DNA of 63,924 nt, the filler included, from Craspedostauros australis (taxonomy: Eukaryota), in the NCBI GenBank assembly GCA_030167865.1. It is 16 parts of 16 records of this genome, joined end to end, with 100 filler letters (N's around TTAATTAATTAA, not from the genome) between each part and the next. Parts side by side here need not be neighbours in the genome. Positions count along the whole stretch, not along the records: positions 1 to 4,696 come from JALAGF010001469.1; positions 4,797 to 6,619 come from JALAGF010001470.1; positions 6,720 to 22,140 come from JALAGF010001471.1; 13 more parts are not named here. The stretch is one strand, 5' to 3'. A program made the position numbers and the translations under genes. The notes under the pieces were generated by a model that saw nothing but the letters and a program-made list of their open reading frames with translations, ran no database searches and was not told the DNA's origin. Shown in pieces: positions 1-10,859 of the stretch (its first letter is position 1; each line of letters starts with the position of its first letter).

Positions 1-1740
1 GCGTCCAACCAAGGAACCGGAAAGAAGTCAAGTGAGAATGAATACGAGCAGAATGCCATCCTTTCCGAAACCTTCAAAGTCTTCATGGAAAGCAATGGCA
101 TGAAAACTCTGGTGCACAACCCGTACCTTGCGCGGCTCACAGCATCCCAGGCTTTGGCGGTTCTTCTTTTCCAACAGAATGAATCTTTCAGCAAATCGCT
201 CACCAACGATCAACTGAACAACATGGACTACGGGATCACCTTCCAACGCTTCAAGGGTGACGCGGGCGATGCCATCATGCATCGGTTGGTCGTCACGTAT
301 GGCTTAGTCACTGCAAGGCCACTCAGAGGTGATGGTGGCTTCACTCCGCAGGCAAGTCCATTCGCGCTCAGCGATGCCATGCAGCTCCTTTGCCTTTGGC
401 TCATTCAAGGCGGTGAAGCAGTTGCGGCTGAGAAATCGTTTCTCGGAACAACCTCAGCCAGCTTTGAGACTCTCACTGCGTTGCTGGCCGGGGCCGCCAT
501 CGCTGCGTCCTCCGTCGTGAAGAAGGATACGCACGGGCGCGTCATAGCTGCTCCCGCCAACTGTGACAATCCAAACACGGTTGGGCAGCAGAAAGCAGAC
601 ATCTTTGCTGCTCTGGGCAAGGTCGGGATGAGCATCAAACCATACCCGGATGACAGCCAGCCATCTCACTACACATGCAAAACGACCAAGGGAGAGAAAT
701 GTGTGGAAAGAAGCGCCGGCGATCTCTTTTGGTCTCTCAAGGGCACCCACCCGGCCCTACTTCCAAGAGACCTCGGGATTCCTCGGGTGTACTTCCACAA
801 GTCAATGATGACTTGCGTCGAGACCGAAGCGGACAAGCAGCGCATCATGGATGCTGCTGCAAACAAGCCGGGCGCTGTATTTGGCAAAATGGACGAATGT
901 CATTTTGACCAAAACAGAGGCTTGCGTTCGAGTCCGCTCAAGGACATTGATGCAGATACGATATGGACAGAGTTGGAATCCGATGGTTCAATTTTCGTCG
1001 ATCGCGACTTACTCCACCAATTCAGTGTGCTCTGGGAGGTCGAACAACAATGCAACGACCAGCAAGACCACAAGCAGAAAGCCCCCACTGTGCCCCAAGT
1101 CATCCGTCGCATTGCCGCGGCGGGAATCAACAACTCCACCAATACATCTCACAAAGCACCCGACGAAGACGCGAACCCGGCCGCCGCCCCCGCTCCCGCC
1201 AACGCATCTCACAGCACAACCACAGACGTCGTGAAATATTTCTTCAACCTGCCACTCATCCACGTTGCAGAAGGTAGCAGTGAGTTCGCAGATGCCTACG
1301 TCACCTTCCTTGTGGAGAAGACGGACAACACAGGTAAGAAGCTCTACGGTTTGCGAACAATCTGTATCCAAGCCAAAGATTACTCCGAGGATACAAGCCC
1401 AAACATGGAAGTCCACAAGAAAAATGCCTCCGCAGTGGCGAACTCCAGACTGCGTGATCTCTTTGGCGACGACCGGATCTACACTGCTGCAGGTACGCGA
1501 AGCGCAGTTGCTTGGAACTGCAGGGAAGAATTTCCATACGTTCCTTTCGTGGTGGATGATTCCAAAATCCTGGAGAATCAGATGGAAGCGATGAGTAAGC
1601 GCCGCTCCAAGACTGCAAAACATGGCGCGCACGCTGTAATCTTCAGCGGACGAGGACAACACAAGGAGACAGACAAAAGGAAGCAAGCCACAAGCGAGCC
1701 GTCGCAAGTACCAAGACGGAGCAAGAGGAAGACCATATGA
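1..1740 (+). CDS. 5'-truncated protein with a C-terminal PD-(D/E)xK restriction-endonuclease-like domain (Crinkler/CR-REase-like)
   Basis: Frame +1 is open from base 1 (first ATG at 85) to TGA at 1740. Motif order is SFETLTALL ... VAEGSSEFADAYV ... ICIQAKDY, resembling the FE / D / Q-x-K REase core. Basic C-terminal tail (RRSKRKTI). Confidence 0.5.
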   Translation, partial: ASNQGTGKKSSENEYEQNAILSETFKVFMESNGMKTLVHNPYLARLTASQALAVLLFQQNESFSKSLTNDQLNNMDYGITFQRFKGDAGDAIMHRLVVTYGLVTARPLRGDGGFTPQASPFALSDAMQLLCLWLIQGGEAVAAEKSFLGTTSASFETLTALLAGAAIAASSVVKKDTHGRVIAAPANCDNPNTVGQQKADIFAALGKVGMSIKPYPDDSQPSHYTCKTTKGEKCVERSAGDLFWSLKGTHPALLPRDLGIPRVYFHKSMMTCVETEADKQRIMDAAANKPGAVFGKMDECHFDQNRGLRSSPLKDIDADTIWTELESDGSIFVDRDLLHQFSVLWEVEQQCNDQQDHKQKAPTVPQVIRRIAAAGINNSTNTSHKAPDEDANPAAAPAPANASHSTTTDVVKYFFNLPLIHVAEGSSEFADAYVTFLVEKTDNTGKKLYGLRTICIQAKDYSEDTSPNMEVHKKNASAVANSRLRDLFGDDRIYTAAGTRSAVAWNCREEFPYVPFVVDDSKILENQMEAMSKRRSKTAKHGAHAVIFSGRGQHKETDKRKQATSEPSQVPRRSKRKTI

Positions 1741-2149
1741 TCTCGATAGATGACATCAACGATGAGGGAACTGCGGGTATTGTGCCATGAATCAACAACC
1801 AGGCAGCCTGACCAAGATGCCGCATGCCTCACGAAGGCGTCATTCATCGCCGACGCCACCCAAAGGAGCACACCGAAAAGGGGTTCGGTGTTTCCAACCT
1901 ATGCATACATGCATTCATCCATCCATCCATACATGCATCCTTCAGAACATCTGGTGGTTCTGATGAGTTGCGCAACGACACTTTTGTCAGTACCAATGCA
2001 TGGCCCTTCGGAAGAAAGTCTGCGTTGCAGTCTTACCGAGAGTACACGTAAAGTTAATCACTAGTACCAAATACACTAATACATGCAACACTACAAGACA
2101 AGTGCGGCCGCGAATGCTGCGCCGGCATGATCTTAACAGCGACTAATAG

Positions 2150-3998
2150 GAGCCCCCGAGTGAGTCGACCTGCACTCCGTTATTGGCCTCCAGAAATTTT
2201 CTCTCCTACATACTAACCAACCACATATTTGTAATCCTTGTAGGTCTAATACAAATAATTAACCATTACAATTTTTAATTAGATCCTATTTTAAGTTTTG
2301 TGGACCGATGGATATGCGCCATTTTCGATATCTTTCGTGTTTCAGCCTCTTGCTTACGACTACATCGATCCAATTTAACCCTTTGCTGTTCTTTGTTTCA
2401 GCGACGTTGTTCCGATTTTGAATTGTTTAGTCTCTTTTTCAGGTGTTTGGATGGGACCATCCAACAGTCCATCCACGATCGCACTAGTTGTAGAATATTG
2501 GGGGAAGCGGCGAATGCGTGTTTACGTTACTTACACCATGTGCTTGTCCAATCCGTCATCTACGTCACGAAATTGGATACTTTGTCATGAAACACCAATG
2601 ATATCACGATGCGCAACATCATCAGGTCTGCTTCTTCGTGGCGAAGTGGTTGAGTGGGGTTGGTACTCCTCGAGTGTTTTGTGTCGTGCTCCTCTCGGAC
2701 AGTCACTACAATTGCAGGTAAATCTCCACATCCCCCAAAATGTGAGGCTGGTCGAGAGTGGCAAACTCGACACACCAAGATGAAAATGGAGCCACATCCA
2801 AAAAAATACCACAATGGCCGTCGAACGGTATGCTTGGCGCCGCAACAACCAGCCGGCCAATTCAAGATCCAAGAACATCGCCGTCACCTCCACGCAACGT
2901 TTGGTGGGTGGACGAACGGAGGCGGGAAGAGGAGTTGATTTGGGGCCGTCGTAGGCCCCAGAAATAGGGCCATAATTTGGCTCCAAATCGGCTCATTGGT
3001 TTTGGCCTGTGTGTGGCACACACAGGCCATATCAGCACCTATGGATGCACAAGATGCCTCAAGGAGGCCAAGACAAAGGCACCCTCGAAGTTTGAGGCTC
3101 GCGGAGCACCGGGAAGGTCTCCGCGCGGAGGAAAAGGTGGTTTTGAGGAGTTTTTGTTGGGGCTCGCGCGGCACCAGTCGCGTGGCTTTGGCTGTGAGGG
3201 GCGATGGGACGACGCCCCTCAATCGCGAAGCCACCCATACAAGATTCGTGCAACATCAATTGAAGATGCACGTCGTGAAGTGTGCGCCATAGCGACAGTG
3301 TACAAGAGGCTGCAGCTGACCATATCTGCAGAATGGTTGTTGTTGGTGGGAGCAAAAAATGCCCCACCACATCATCATATGGAGGTGTATCACGTCGGCC
3401 AGGCACTCCCAGCCCATTCTGGATGCATCTGCATGTTGCCATGGAGTGTGGGAATGCACGAGGAGCACTTGGAAGGGCTGAAAGGATTGTATGAATGCGA
3501 TACAGATCCAAATCTGCATCGTGACCAGATTGAAAATGCTTTTTTGGAAATCGCTCTGTTTCAGTGTGTGGCTGCATTGCTGCATGCAGAACCAATGTCT
3601 GAGGCCAACCTTCATGGAGCGGATAGCTGGGGGGTATGCAGAGCGAATGATCTGATCAGTTTGCTGAAATACAAGGATGATGATGATGATAATGATCATG
3701 TGTGCTCATTGGAGGGCAACATTGTGCCATCGATCATTTTTTTCGAATCCACCACACAACACACAGCAAACCAACATGACTTCCAAAATATTTTCAATAC
3801 TCATTTAACTTCAATATTCTGATTAACAGATAGCCAGGCGTCTGAGCGCAATGTTTAGTTTTAATTGTAAGCGATGTGTTGTTGAGATATGGCATGACAA
3901 GCAGATATTGGATGTGCTTTTTGGATGGCCTCTAGACTCGGTTTAGTAGCATGGTCTGCCACCCACAAAACTCCACAACTCGCGTTATCGCGGCAGTA
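2150..3998. mobile_element. Probable internally deleted, non-autonomous DNA element with two dissimilar conserved arms (family A)
   Basis: 2150-2298 matches the reverse complement of 32745-32895. 2802-3998 matches 37434-38626 closely, and more distantly 31700-32310 and 54250-54685. No credible long coding frame. Confidence 0.6.
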
Positions 3999-4696
3999 CA
4001 TGCCCATCACAAAATTTCCGTCTCATCATCCAACACAGCCTCACTTTCTGCGTTGGCCTTCATTAGAGAGTTATCGCATTCAGCTCCCTCAGCTGATGTC
4101 AATTGTCACAGTTCGCATTGACTCTCGAGTAGAGAAATTGCACAGGACTGATTCGTGACATAATCCTGCATGGATTAACTCGAGCGAATTTGAGCCTATC
4201 CTATGACCAATGTATCAAGCTTAGACAAGTTCGATGCATTTTCGGTTCGGCAACATCCTATTTTGGTCATGCCTGTTCTGAGATTGTAGATAATGGCCAG
4301 AGAATAGAAATATATAAAAATTTGTTGTGATGGGAGTGTTGTTGTTGTTCTCTTAAATGCTGTTGTTCGAAATTGAATGCATACGGCGTAGCATCGGTAC
4401 GAACATAGATATCAATCAACGACAAGAACGACCAAAACTGTACAAATGAAGCATCATGATTGGCTGTTTTTTGCTTACGCGTGGAAGTGATATTTTTTGC
4501 CGGGACTGTACGAGCTGAGAACATTTCAGGAACACCCAACAATTTGTCCACATTTCTGGTCGAAATACAACCACAATATTGCCGGACAAGAAAAAGGACA
4601 AAACATGGCCTCTTATTGAATGTGTCAAAATTGCGTTAGAACTCATGACTAATTCGATCAAGAGTCCGAAACCTGTATTCTGTTAGCGGACATATA

Positions 4697-4796
4697 NNNN
4701 NNNNNNNNNNNNNNNNNNNNNNNNNNNNNNNNNNNNNNNNTTAATTAATTAANNNNNNNNNNNNNNNNNNNNNNNNNNNNNNNNNNNNNNNNNNNN
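4697..4796. other. Artificial contig-joining linker N44-TTAATTAATTAA-N44 (first of 15)
   Basis: Identical 100-nt blocks start at 4697, 6620, 22141, 24006, 26766, 28549, 30358, 32344, 37334, 38627, 46589, 47754, 48933, 58145 and 59306. The 12-mer gives stop codons in all six frames. Confidence 0.97.
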
Positions 4797-6619
4797 ATCA
4801 AACGATTCATCCAAACGATCAAGTCACAGACTGGTGACCAACAGATCATCTTCCGAGGTGACAACAGCGGAGAGAACAAATCCACGCAGGATATTCTCAT
4901 CGATGCAGGACTGAACGTGAAATTCGAATTCACAGCATCGAACACGCCGCAACAGAACGGCAGAGTAGAACGCAAGTTCGCGTACCTCTACACCAAGATC
5001 CGCTCCATGCTCAACGGAGCACAACTCGACGAAGAGTATAGGCATGGCCTATGGGCAGCAGCTGCTAGCACTGCCACCGCCATCGCCAACATCACCGTAG
5101 CGAAGAACCAGAAGGAGTCACCACACCGCCAAATCTTCGGCAACGATCCACCATATGCGGATGCACTCCGTACATTCGGAGAGGTGGGTGTTGTGAAGAC
5201 TACTTACGGCGGGATCACCGCCAAACTCAAGAATAGAGGAGAGGAGATGATATTCATCGGATATGCACATCAACACGCATCAGGGGTCTACAACATGTAC
5301 AGACCATCGACCAAATCACTGATCTGCTCTCGCGACATCAAATGGCTCAACCAATCATACGGACAGTTCCGTGGCTGGGCACCAGCACCGAACATATCCA
5401 GCGAAGCAGGAACAACGGACGCAGACGGCTTCACAACCATCGGACGGAAGGGAGCAATGCCAAGGACGGCAATGCATCAAGCATCAGAAGCGAAGAGAGT
5501 ATCTTTCGCCAACAACAACAAATACCACATCCTATCAGACAGCGACGATGAGGATGATGAGGACGATGGAGTAGTGACTCAACTAATCCAGAACGACGAC
5601 GAAGATCGGAGCGAATCCAATCATAAGGATGACGAGATCCCACTATCCGGCGATGAAGCCGATGATGGCGGAGGTGTCACTCCTCCGAACACACCAGCGA
5701 GGTCTACACAGGACACACCATCCAGACCTTCACCTAGAAAACCAAGCAAACGTGACACAGACAGAAAGGAGAGAATCCGACGTCACGAAGCACGAGGCAG
5801 GAAGGGAGAAGCTAATCTCAAGTCAACTACAGGGAAGAGTATTCCTAGAGCTCTGCGTGAGCTCGCAGACTTCAACGAACGAGGTCGAAAGGAAGAAGGC
5901 TATGAGAGCGAGTCATCATCTAATGAAGCGAGTGATGAACTTAGCGATGAGGTGATCGACGAATCCAACAACGAAACTACAGATGATGAAGAAATCATGG
6001 ATGAAGGCGAAATTGAGATCACTCACCATAGCACAACAGGACTATACGGGATAAACGCAATCATCACCGACACACCAACGATCGACATCGGACTGTCGAT
6101 GCAGGACAAGAACAAGGAACCAGAGAAGCACATCGAACCAACGACATTCGATGGAGCCTTCAATCATCCAGATCCCATCCATCGAAAGGGATATCGAGCA
6201 GCCATCAAGAAGGAGTTCGACTCCATGGATACGCGCAAGGTGTACAGCAAGATCAAACGAGACGCCATCCCACGCGGCCGCAGATGCTGCAAATGCAAAT
6301 GGGTCTTCAAGCTAAAACGCGACGGCACACATCGAGCGCGACTCGTTGCTTGTGGCTATTCACAAATCGCAGGAGTAGATTTCCAAGAGCATTACTCACC
6401 CGTCATCCATGACGTGACCTATCGGGTCATGATGGTGATCATGCTGATCAAGAAGATGGACTGCGCACTCGTCGATGTCGTAGCGGCATTCCTACATGGA
6501 GACCTCGATGAGGAGATCTACATGAACTGTCCCAGCGGGATGGATCATCAACCAGACGAAGCCCTGACCCTACACAAGCCAATCTATGGACTTGTGCAGA
6601 GCGCCAGGCAATGGTTCAA
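4797..6619 (+). mobile_element. Ty1/Copia pol fragment (integrase core, linker, N-terminal RT), truncated by both contig ends
   Basis: Open across the whole contig: IFRGDNSGEN, TPQQNGRVER, IFIGY, SRDIKW, CKWVFKLKRDG-HRARLVACGYSQ, DVVAAFLHG, KPIYGLVQSARQW. Same family as 59932-63924. Confidence 0.95.
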
Positions 6620-6719
6620 NNNNNNNNNNNNNNNNNNNNNNNNNNNNNNNNNNNNNNNNNNNNTTAATTAATTAANNNNNNNNNNNNNNNNNNNNNNNNN
6701 NNNNNNNNNNNNNNNNNNN

Positions 6720-6852
6720 AGCCGTCATTTGATTTAAATAGCCGTCATTCGATTCAAATAGCCGCGACTCGACTTAAATAGCCGTCATTAGATTTAAATA
6801 GCCCTCACTCGATTCAAATAGCCGTTATTAGATTTAAATAGCCGTCATTCGA
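6720..6852. repeat. Tandem 20-bp minisatellite, about 6.5 copies (GCCGTCATTYGATTYAAATA)
   Basis: Contiguous 20-nt periodicity at the contig start, no spacers. Confidence 0.9.
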
Positions 6853-7380
6853 ATTATTTAGAATGTCGAACTGTATGGTTTCTTAACTGACGGGACTCGA
6901 TCAAGCCGGCGAGCTGCATCGTTGCCTCGCTGTGTTTATCCGAAGTAGGACCAACAGGATGCCTCCATAAGTTCTTCGAAGGAAGACTTGTTCTTCATCG
7001 ATGTCAAAACGTCGCATTTGGCTTTCTCGTGTCTGGGTGACAAAATCGTTCTTGGGTGTCGAATTAGTCGTACTAGTCGATTTTCGTTTCCGTTGCTTTT
7101 TGCCGGGTGTCCCTGTTGATGCGAGCTGCCGTTCATGGGTCGCACAGGTAATTGCCTCACGAGATATCTACTATACTTCACTGGACAAGCTGTTGGAATT
7201 GGCAGATCTGTCCGAACTACTTCAAGCCCCGATACGAGCTATTGCATGAGAGAATAGAACTGGGGAGCTGTCCTAGAAATGGTTCCACGATAACACTTTG
7301 GAGAGCGACTGTGGGATAGAGGCTGAGGCACTCACCAGACAAAATAAGAAAGCAACATCACAACGCAACAGAGAGACATC

Positions 7381-8628
7381 ATGAGCTCAAGTCACGTCCA
7401 CCAACGGCGCACGAATCAGAATGCGTCCAACAATCACAGCCAGCATGATCCGTACAGCCAGTCCAATGCAGGGACGGGAGGTCATCTCCGTTCGTCACGA
7501 CAAACTCATGGATCCCGATCACCAATCCCACAACCTCCATTATCAGCATCAATGTCAACATCAGGATCTGGCGATGACCATGAGTACGCGTCTCTGTTGG
7601 CCTCTCCATCCTCTGGCCAGATCAGTCGATCACACCAACGTCAACAGCAACAGCAGCAGCAGCAGCAACAGTCGCATTGGCCAACGACAAGATGCCAAAG
7701 GACCCGTCGGCAACATCGTCGCAAGGTTGTATCGAATCTGCTCTGGATGGTGATGGGCAGCTGCATCTACCTCTTCATGTTATTTGGTGGACCGCAATCT
7801 TCTCATCGCTCCTTTGAGCAGGTGCATTCGTACAATCTGCAACAGCAGCAGATGGTGATGCAAAGGCGGCGTGCAAACCAGGACACGGTGTCAAATGCAA
7901 TCGAGAATGCGGATGTGAGCCAACATTCCAATCTCAGAGGAGCATCACAACAGATCGAAGCAGGAAAGGGCACCACGAATGAGAATGCACCGAAGGATGC
8001 TGCGGATACGACGCAAATGAGCATAACGGTCGATGGCGACGCGGAAGCAGCCACGCAAGTCGGAGACGGGAAGAAACAAGAGCATGAAGAATCACGACAA
8101 CGCCACGCACGCGACGACGGCGTCTCCGATCTGCTGTGGTACATATACATCATGTTCTTCTTCAACTACATGCGTCGTCGCAGAGCATTGCTCGGTGCCC
8201 GCGGAAACCGCAATGCCACCGCCGTGTTGCAACGCATCAACCAGCAGCGCAGCATCAACGGGGAAGGACCGCTGTCGATGGAAAGCCTGCGGCTCATCTT
8301 GGGTGATCAAGACTTCACGGCGAACGATTACGACCGCTTGCTGGCATTCCAACAGGAGGGCCGTCCTGGTCAGGTCACGCAACGATACCGCGGCGCGACG
8401 CAGGCCGAGATGGAGACGTATCCGCAGCGGCGATTGACGTCGCACGATGTGTCCAATCTGGAATCGCGGCACTGTTCCATCTGTTTGGATGAATACGAAG
8501 TGAACAGCACTGTGCGCACGCTGCCGTGCAATCATGCCTTTCATGCGGCCTGCATCGATCGGTGGTGCACGCAGGTTGCGGAATGTCCCATTTGCAAGCA
8601 GCGGTTGGATCTGTCCGAAACTTCATGA
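7381..8628 (+). CDS. Membrane-anchored RING-H2 E3 ubiquitin ligase (SDIR1/RNF-like)
   Basis: C-terminal [31 protein letters not shown]. Two hydrophobic segments. [19 protein letters not shown] motif precedes the RING. Poly-Q tracts. Confidence 0.9.
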   Translation: MSSSHVHQRRTNQNASNNHSQHDPYSQSNAGTGGHLRSSRQTHGSRSPIPQPPLSASMSTSGSGDDHEYASLLASPSSGQISRSHQRQQQQQQQQQQSHWPTTRCQRTRRQHRRKVVSNLLWMVMGSCIYLFMLFGGPQSSHRSFEQVHSYNLQQQQMVMQRRRANQDTVSNAIENADVSQHSNLRGASQQIEAGKGTTNENAPKDAADTTQMSITVDGDAEAATQVGDGKKQEHEESRQRHARDDGVSDLLWYIYIMFFFNYMRRRRALLGARGNRNATAVLQRINQQRSINGEGPLSMESLRLILGDQDFTANDYDRLLAFQQEGRPGQVTQRYRGATQAEMETYPQRRLTSHDVSNLESRHCSICLDEYEVNSTVRTLPCNHAFHAACIDRWCTQVAECPICKQRLDLSETS

Positions 8629-8836
8629 TGAATGCAGCGACCGGATCGCAGATTATTAACGTCTGCTGACGCTGTGAAAGAGTTGGTTGGGTAAAATGCT
8701 GCCTTGAGCATACCGTACTTAGCGCGCGCACACCACGGATACAATGGCTCTCCCTCTTCTATGTATATTACGGAAGTAACTATAAGTTTGCCTTGCGATC
8801 CACCACCACCGAGACCAGCATCAACGTCTTGCCTGT

Positions 8837-10117
8837 TCACCGCTGTTGCTTGACCTTTTGCAAGATGTACAAACGCTCGTAACCTTTGTCTCCCGGCGAC
8901 GCCTTGACATCTGTCGCCTTGAGCAGCACCCAATTCTCATTCTCCAGCATGTCGAAGAATGCATCATCGCCGTTGGCACCGCCGCGACCTTCTCCCACGA
9001 AGATGACTGTGTCGTTCTCGGCGGCTCCATCCAGATATTTGCGCACCGTGTCGACGGCCATGCTTCCAGGCGACGGATACACGAGCAGCAGGACGCGGCC
9101 GCGGCACGCCCAGGAACGGAAGAGATTGGGAAGGGCGTTGGGCGATTCCAACTTCTGGACCTTGCCGAAGTAGTCATGATGCGGTTGGGTGTAGGGGTTG
9201 AAGACGTGCGTGTTGAGAGGGAGGTTGGACATATCATCGTACGCCATGCAAAAGTCGAACTTCTTGTTCTTCTTTCTGCTGTTGCGTTGAGTGCCGCTGT
9301 CGTTGACACTGTCACTGCCTTCGAGTTTGGCCTGACGATTTTCGTAGGCTTCCGCCAAAGCCCGGGCCCACTGTCCATGACCAGCGCCAATCTCCACGAT
9401 ACCGCGCGTTTCACAATGATCCAAGATGATGTCCAGAACTTCTTGCGTCCATCCGGTGCATCCGTACTGCGCCAGAAAGTCTTGACGTGCCTGCGGTGTG
9501 ACGCCTTTGCCGAACATGATCTCGCAAATGCGATCCTGCAACGCGCGCATTTTCTTCGCATCGCCGCGCATATCTGTGGCAGCAGCTTCCTGCGCGACTT
9601 GCATCACGAGCTGCTCATCTCTGGCGCGTCGTTGGATGCGTCTCTTGGAGAGTCGGAAGGTGGTGTCGTTCGGCGTCAACAGGCGCGGAGTTGGTAAAGG
9701 CACGCCGATGGAACCCAGGACCGCGCGGCGGAACCAGGATGGTGGACGTACGCCGTCGTTGATGCCGTCACTTGTGTTGGCAACGTTGGGAGACGCTGCC
9801 AATGGACCTGTCCGCCCATTCTGCGGTTGACCTAGCTGCGCCTGTTGTAGCTGCTGGAATGCACCATTTCGTCTCTGACTGGAAGTGTGATTGCTGGCAT
9901 CACACAATGCGACCCGATTGTATGTGAACAATCCCTTGGAGCCAACGTTCTCAATCAGCATGGACAGATGCATGTCCCTGCTGATGGTCCCATCTTTCGC
10001 ATCGTGCGTGGAGGCATGATGAGGCTGCAGCGGCTGTGCAGAAACAAGAGCTGCCGCAGCAGCCGCGGCGACAAGGCTAACCGTCCGTTGCGAGTGCGTC
10101 GCCGTTGCTCTGATCAT
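8837..10117 (-). CDS. Class I SAM-dependent methyltransferase-like protein
   Basis: Motif I IVEIGAGHGQWARAL, plus LLLVYPSP and VIFVGEGRGGANG. Start set at MIRATAT (10117); the ORF is open further to 10366. Confidence 0.75.
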   Translation of the reverse strand: MIRATATHSQRTVSLVAAAAAAALVSAQPLQPHHASTHDAKDGTISRDMHLSMLIENVGSKGLFTYNRVALCDASNHTSSQRRNGAFQQLQQAQLGQPQNGRTGPLAASPNVANTSDGINDGVRPPSWFRRAVLGSIGVPLPTPRLLTPNDTTFRLSKRRIQRRARDEQLVMQVAQEAAATDMRGDAKKMRALQDRICEIMFGKGVTPQARQDFLAQYGCTGWTQEVLDIILDHCETRGIVEIGAGHGQWARALAEAYENRQAKLEGSDSVNDSGTQRNSRKKNKKFDFCMAYDDMSNLPLNTHVFNPYTQPHHDYFGKVQKLESPNALPNLFRSWACRGRVLLLVYPSPGSMAVDTVRKYLDGAAENDTVIFVGEGRGGANGDDAFFDMLENENWVLLKATDVKASPGDKGYERLYILQKVKQQR

Positions 10118-10859
10118 GGGTGCTTTCTGCCTTTGCGACGATGCGCAAGTATGGTTATGTAGTTGTATGTACGAGCAGATGCCGATCTCCTTGGCATCCT
10201 CTTCGGCATCCTCGCCTCCCTCTTCATTTGATGTCCGCGACGTCCACCACGGTGTGAATGATGTGTTCGAGGTTGGTGGAGACGATTGACGAAGGTGATG
10301 AGACGTCATCCGATTCCAAACCAAAACACAGATATTATTTGCATATTTTGGCGCCTGTGCTTTCATTGATCACAGAAGCTGCGTGCGTCGCTCGATTTCT
10401 ATCATGAAAAGGCGATTGTGCTACCATGTCAAGTGTCTGCTGGTTTTGTTGGTTCGTGCAAAATGTGACGCATGAACGCTGATGCCTTTCGTGTGTTGAT
10501 GTGTTTTTCGTGGGTGGCACGATGACCTCTTTTGGGTTCTGATTTTGGTGATGTGGAATGGCTCTTCCACGAACATCACCATCGTGGCCGCTCCGACTTC
10601 TTCTTCGGCATCGACACGCCCACCGTGCTCTTGTGTTGGCATCGACACCAATACGACTAGTAGTACGATCTGCACACTCACCGGTGTCCATCGGATGCCA
10701 TCGACTCGCAGCGCATGTCAACAAGTCAGCACTTGTCCACAAAGAGAGGCAACCCAAGGCTCACGTCGTATTCACACACGAATACAACCAACACCTCGGG
10801 TATCTCAGAGAAGAGGACTCGAACAACATCGGGATCGGCAGCACCAAGAAGCCGCCAAC

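Noticed and set aside
2977..3822. 281-aa ORF as a gene
   Set aside because: No recognisable motifs, and the close copy at 37434-38626 has indels and stops in this frame.
4741..4752. Recurrent TTAATTAATTAA as a biological motif or TSD
   Set aside because: Always centred in exactly 44+44 Ns, so it is an assembly linker.
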